DNA of 64,000 bases. It comes from an uncultured delta proteobacterium (GTDB taxonomy: Bacteria > Desulfobacterota > Binatia > UBA9968). The position numbers and the translations under genes are program-made. Each line of letters opens with the position of its first letter. Position 1 is the stretch's first letter. Below are positions 61,040 through 64,000 of the stretch, one piece after another. The stretch lies in the NCBI GenBank assembly GCA_963771465.1, contig CAVYTU010000015.1, positions 192,001 through 256,000 of the forward strand, read 5' to 3'. The notes beneath the pieces were generated by a model that saw only the letters and a list, made by a program, of their open reading frames with translations, ran no database searches and was not told the DNA's origin.

Positions 61040-62137
61040 CTAAGCGACCGCATAGCACTTGAGCACGTCCGGATTCAACTCACAGCCGAGTCCCGCTCCC
61101 TTCGGCAATTCAAGATAGCCGTCTTTGAGCATGAGTTTTTCCGTGTAGAGCACTTCATGGTTAGGATTGTATTCCACCGTCAACCCATTCGGCGCGGCGG
61201 CGATTAGGTGAACCTGCACTTCCGGCTCGACGTGACTCGCCACCGGGCGATGCGCTGCATCCAACAGCGCGGCGATGCGCAGCCACGCGCCGATGCCGCC
61301 GACTTTTTGCACGTCGGCCATATAGCAATCGGCGGCGTTTCTTTCCAAGCAGGCGCGATACTCGCCAAGCTTCTCCAAAGTTTCGCCAAACGTCACCCGC
61401 ATATCGAGGGCGCGGCTCACTTCGGCGAGTCCGTCGAAATCGTCGGCAGCCACCGGATCTTCGAACCAGTAGAGATCGAAGGGCTCAAGCATGCGTCCGA
61501 GACGGATCGCATCGGGCGGAGTTAAAGACCAATTCATATCGACCATCAGCGCCGGCTTGGGACCGATGGCGTCGCGCACGGCGCGCACACGCTCGACATC
61601 CTCCGCAAACGGCCGCGCGCCTAAGCGCAGCTTCATGCCGCCGAAACCGCGCTCGACAATATCGGCGGCGTCGGCGACCAACTGATCGGTGGTTTGCTGG
61701 CGTCGTAAACCGCCGCTGTAGTAACACGCCACGCGCTCGCGCCGCGCGCCCAACAGTCGATGCAACGGCTGATTGAGCGCCTTGCCGGTGATATCCCAGA
61801 GTGCGATGTCGATAGCGGCCAACGCCTGCAGTGCCGCGCCGCTATGGCCGAGGTCGGTGAAAAAAGTGTAGGCACGCTGATAAACCCGCTCATGATCGAG
61901 CGCGCTCTGACCCATGAGCAGCGGAAACAATTCGTGAACCATCATTTCCAGCGCGCGCGCCTTGCCGATCGTGCTGGTGTGCGCCAAACCGAAGCCGGCC
62001 AAACCGTCGTCGGTCTTGAGCTGTAAGATCACAAAGTTCGACGTTGCGCGCCGGCCCAGATACGGATGTCCCTCGACGGGCCGTTTCAAGGGAATGGAAA
62101 GAAGCGTGGTTGTGGCGTTGTCAATTTTCGCGAGCAT
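61040..62137 (-). CDS. mandelate racemase/muconate lactonizing enzyme family protein
   Basis: AAIDIALWDI; metal ligands MVD, WFEDP, GE; KLR; ASH; GLGCELN. Confidence 0.92.
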   Translation of the reverse strand: MLAKIDNATTTLLSIPLKRPVEGHPYLGRRATSNFVILQLKTDDGLAGFGLAHTSTIGKARALEMMVHELFPLLMGQSALDHERVYQRAYTFFTDLGHSGAALQALAAIDIALWDITGKALNQPLHRLLGARRERVACYYSGGLRRQQTTDQLVADAADIVERGFGGMKLRLGARPFAEDVERVRAVRDAIGPKPALMVDMNWSLTPPDAIRLGRMLEPFDLYWFEDPVAADDFDGLAEVSRALDMRVTFGETLEKLGEYRACLERNAADCYMADVQKVGGIGAWLRIAALLDAAHRPVASHVEPEVQVHLIAAAPNGLTVEYNPNHEVLYTEKLMLKDGYLELPKGAGLGCELNPDVLKCYAVA

Positions 62138-62284
62138 GGATTTGGCATACTAACAGTTATGGCCGGGGTCAAGGTTTGGCCGACTATGCGGCCCATACTG
62201 CTTGACACTGATAGACGGTAGAGTGATACAACTTCCATGTTTTCACAGGCAAAAAATTTCAAACGCAAAGCGCGAGGGTTTACT

Positions 62285-63406
62285 ATGACAAGAAGCCGCC
62301 GGAGAATTTGTCGGTTATTATTGTTCGTCCTTTTGGTTCAGATCACTTTTGTGAATCGCGCTGTCGCCGGCGAAGCGGCTTCGCCAAGCGAATGGGAGAA
62401 AATCGTCAAAGCCGCCGAACAAGAAGGCGAAGTCGTTTACTCCGCCAGTGGCAGCCACCGTTTTTTGGAGGAGTTTCACAAGAGCTATCCAAAGATAAAG
62501 ACGACCAGCATCACAGCGTCATGTAACGATGTCGTCTCGCGCATCATGACCGAACGGCGTGCCGGCAAGTATCTCGCCGACGTGGTGCGCTGCGGCATGA
62601 GTTCGGCGCATTCACTTTATCGCGGCAAAACGTTGCAGCCGATCGATACGGCGCTCGTACTTCCCGAAGTGCGCGATCCGTCGAAATGGTGGCAAGGCAA
62701 ACATCACTACACCGATCCGGAAGGAAAGTATCTGTTCGTTTCCGGCGCCAGCGCGTACGTGCGTTTCGCCAGTTACAACAGCGAGCTGGTCAATCCGGCG
62801 GAGATTAAATCCTACTGGGACCTGCTCAATCCGAAATGGAAAGGTAAGATCGTCGCCACCGATCCAAGAACCGGTGAGGGCCGCAACGGCTCGCGCTTTC
62901 TTTATTACAATCCCGACCTCGGCCCGAAGTATCTGCGCCGCTTGCTCGGCGAAATGGATCTGACCTATTCGCGCGATTATCGCCAGGCAACCGACTGGCT
63001 GGCGCAAAAACGCTTTGCGATTTTTCTCTTCAGCCAGTCTGACGACACGCTGAACGCGAAACAACAGGGACTCGCCGTGCAAGTGCTCGACACCACGGGC
63101 TTGAAAGAAGGTGTCGGTTTAGATCCGGTCGGCGGCGCCAACGCGTTGATGGACAAACCGGCTCATCCCAACGCCGCTAAAGTCCTGCTCAACTGGATGC
63201 TCTCCCGCGAAGGTCAGATCGCGCTCCAACGAGACCCCGAAGCCGCTGGGAGAAACGACTCGCTGAGAATCGACATTCCAAAAACCGACGTGCATCCCAT
63301 GATGCGCCGGCGCGATGGTACGAAATACATCATCATGTGGAACCCCGAATGGATGGAGATGAAGCCCGTCGACGAAATCGTCAAACAGGCGATGGAGAAG
63401 AAGTAG
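62285..63406 (+). CDS. ABC substrate-binding protein, FbpA/AfuA-like
   Basis: Signal peptide; ERRAGKYLADV; HPNAAKVLLNWMLSREGQ; start at 62285 or 62237. Confidence 0.88.
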   Translation: MTRSRRRICRLLLFVLLVQITFVNRAVAGEAASPSEWEKIVKAAEQEGEVVYSASGSHRFLEEFHKSYPKIKTTSITASCNDVVSRIMTERRAGKYLADVVRCGMSSAHSLYRGKTLQPIDTALVLPEVRDPSKWWQGKHHYTDPEGKYLFVSGASAYVRFASYNSELVNPAEIKSYWDLLNPKWKGKIVATDPRTGEGRNGSRFLYYNPDLGPKYLRRLLGEMDLTYSRDYRQATDWLAQKRFAIFLFSQSDDTLNAKQQGLAVQVLDTTGLKEGVGLDPVGGANALMDKPAHPNAAKVLLNWMLSREGQIALQRDPEAAGRNDSLRIDIPKTDVHPMMRRRDGTKYIIMWNPEWMEMKPVDEIVKQAMEKK

Positions 63407-63481
63407 CCAGTGATCGTCAATCGGCTGGATTGTCGCTTTATCCCGCCGTATATTACGCCCAAGCAAGGTGCGAGGTGAACC

Positions 63482-64000
63482 ATGGCAAAGAACGGATTTA
63501 AGATTCTTGACAGCGACATGCATATCATGGAGCCACCTGACCTGTGGGAGAAATATATCGACAAGAAATTTCGTGATCGCGCGCCGCGTGGCGTGACCAG
63601 CCATAACGTGCGCGATTTGCGCCTGGTCCATCCAGACGGCAAAGAATGGTCGCGTAAAACGACACCGCAAAACGATCCTGCCCGCGGTCACAACTTCGAC
63701 GAGAAACAGAGAATCCTCGGCAATGATGCCGCGCGCGGCTGGACTTCGGAAGTCCAACTCGAAGCGATGGATATCGAAGGCATCGACGTCGCCGTGCTCT
63801 ATCCGACCCGCGGCCTGCGCGCGCTGGTCGACGATCGCATGGACCCACCGTTCGCCGCCGCGATGGCGCGCGCATATAACGACTGGATGTACGACTTTTG
63901 CCAAAAAGATCCGACTCGTTTGATCGGCGCCGGCATGATCTCGCCCTTCAGCATGGAAGATGCCGTCAGCGAAGCGCGCCGCTGCGCCGAGCAGCTCGGT
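63482..64000 (+). CDS. amidohydrolase_2 family protein (runs off the 3' end)
   Basis: MAKNGFKILDSDMHIMEP, MDIEGIDVAVLYPT, AYNDW; GAGG RBS. Confidence 0.9.
   Translation, partial: MAKNGFKILDSDMHIMEPPDLWEKYIDKKFRDRAPRGVTSHNVRDLRLVHPDGKEWSRKTTPQNDPARGHNFDEKQRILGNDAARGWTSEVQLEAMDIEGIDVAVLYPTRGLRALVDDRMDPPFAAAMARAYNDWMYDFCQKDPTRLIGAGMISPFSMEDAVSEARRCAEQLG

Noticed and set aside
1-64000. CRISPR array, tRNA, rRNA, transposase or integrase
   Set aside because: No regularly spaced repeat-spacer series, cloverleaf, rRNA signature or recombinase motif was recognised by eye.

Overview
Moderately GC-rich bacterial chromosome segment. The many orphan ABC substrate-binding proteins, amidohydrolases, cupins and REP-like repeats suggest a Candidatus Binatia-like (deltaproteobacterial) genome, which is an inference. 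Contents in order: addA 3' end plus a DEDDy exonuclease; a bicupin plus EutA-like ATPase pair with no eutBC; a GAF histidine kinase; coxMS without coxL; VOC/cupin/SBP/Rieske genes; argC; and a CapA/amidohydrolase/SBP/MmgE-PrpD/permease/SDR cluster containing a ~183-nt rod-like RNA candidate. An accessory ion-homeostasis region (~29.3-47.7 kb) follows: sigma54 regulator and kinase, a kdp operon collapsed by a kdpA-kdpD deletion, a CNNM/CorC protein, a cation/H+ antiporter with an nhaA-II-like leader, crcB-DUF190 with a structured leader, a helicase-less Type ISP-like R-M gene with an HNH-like neighbour, and a KimA-like transporter. The window ends with pcaCHGB plus a CoA-transferase, a UxxC DsbA/FrnE-type selenoprotein missed by the ORF track, thrC, and SBP/amidohydrolase/enolase-superfamily genes. 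Many genes carry frameshifts that may be long-read indel errors rather than true pseudogenes. No rRNA, tRNA, CRISPR array or transposase was recognised.
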